64,000 nucleotides of DNA from Saccostrea cucullata (taxonomy: Eukaryota). The notes under the pieces are model-generated. The model worked only from the letters and a program-made list of their open reading frames with translations, was not told the DNA's origin and made no database searches. Made by a program: the position numbers and the translations under genes. Positions 63,961-64,000 of the stretch are shown one piece after another. The first letter of the stretch is position 1; each line of letters begins with the position of its first letter. The stretch covers positions 62,001 through 126,000 of the forward strand of contig NW_026920665.1 of NCBI RefSeq assembly GCF_032062105.1, given 5' to 3'.

Positions 63961-64000
63961 CAAGAAAATGCTGCAGTAGATAAAGATATGTTAGCAATAG

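Overview
AT-rich, intron-rich eukaryotic genomic DNA. Gene content and repeat families suggest a bivalve mollusc, most likely an oyster (inference). I assembled spliced models by hand from GT-AG boundaries and reading-frame phase. Well-supported genes: drebrin-like/Abp1 (+, 13 exons), a small transmembrane RING-H2 ligase of the RNF24/RNF122 type (-), uracil-DNA glycosylase (+), a ~1345-aa SoxH/Sox30-type HMG-box factor (-) and an Ikaros/Pegasus-type C2H2 zinc-finger factor (-). Less certain: a RING-HC protein (+) and an unrecognised spliced ORF head-to-head with the Sox gene. Introns and intergenic DNA are packed with non-autonomous elements: Helentron/HINE-like elements carrying ~156-190 bp tandem arrays (one nested inside another), TA-, TTAA- and 8-bp-TSD MITEs, a Nin/Deu-core SINE with an intact TSD, and a 369-bp miniature LTR element whose LTRs contain a tRNA-like Pol III cassette. 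Most notable observations: (1) the tRNA-LTR TRIM and a candidate solo LTR; (2) a UNG first exon that could give mitochondrial and nuclear isoforms through two ATGs and an internal in-phase splice donor; (3) a 145-bp bidirectional spacer with a perfect CRE palindrome between SoxH and the orphan gene; (4) the nested satellite-carrying Helentron-like elements. There is one assembly gap (52816-53038). No database searches were run.
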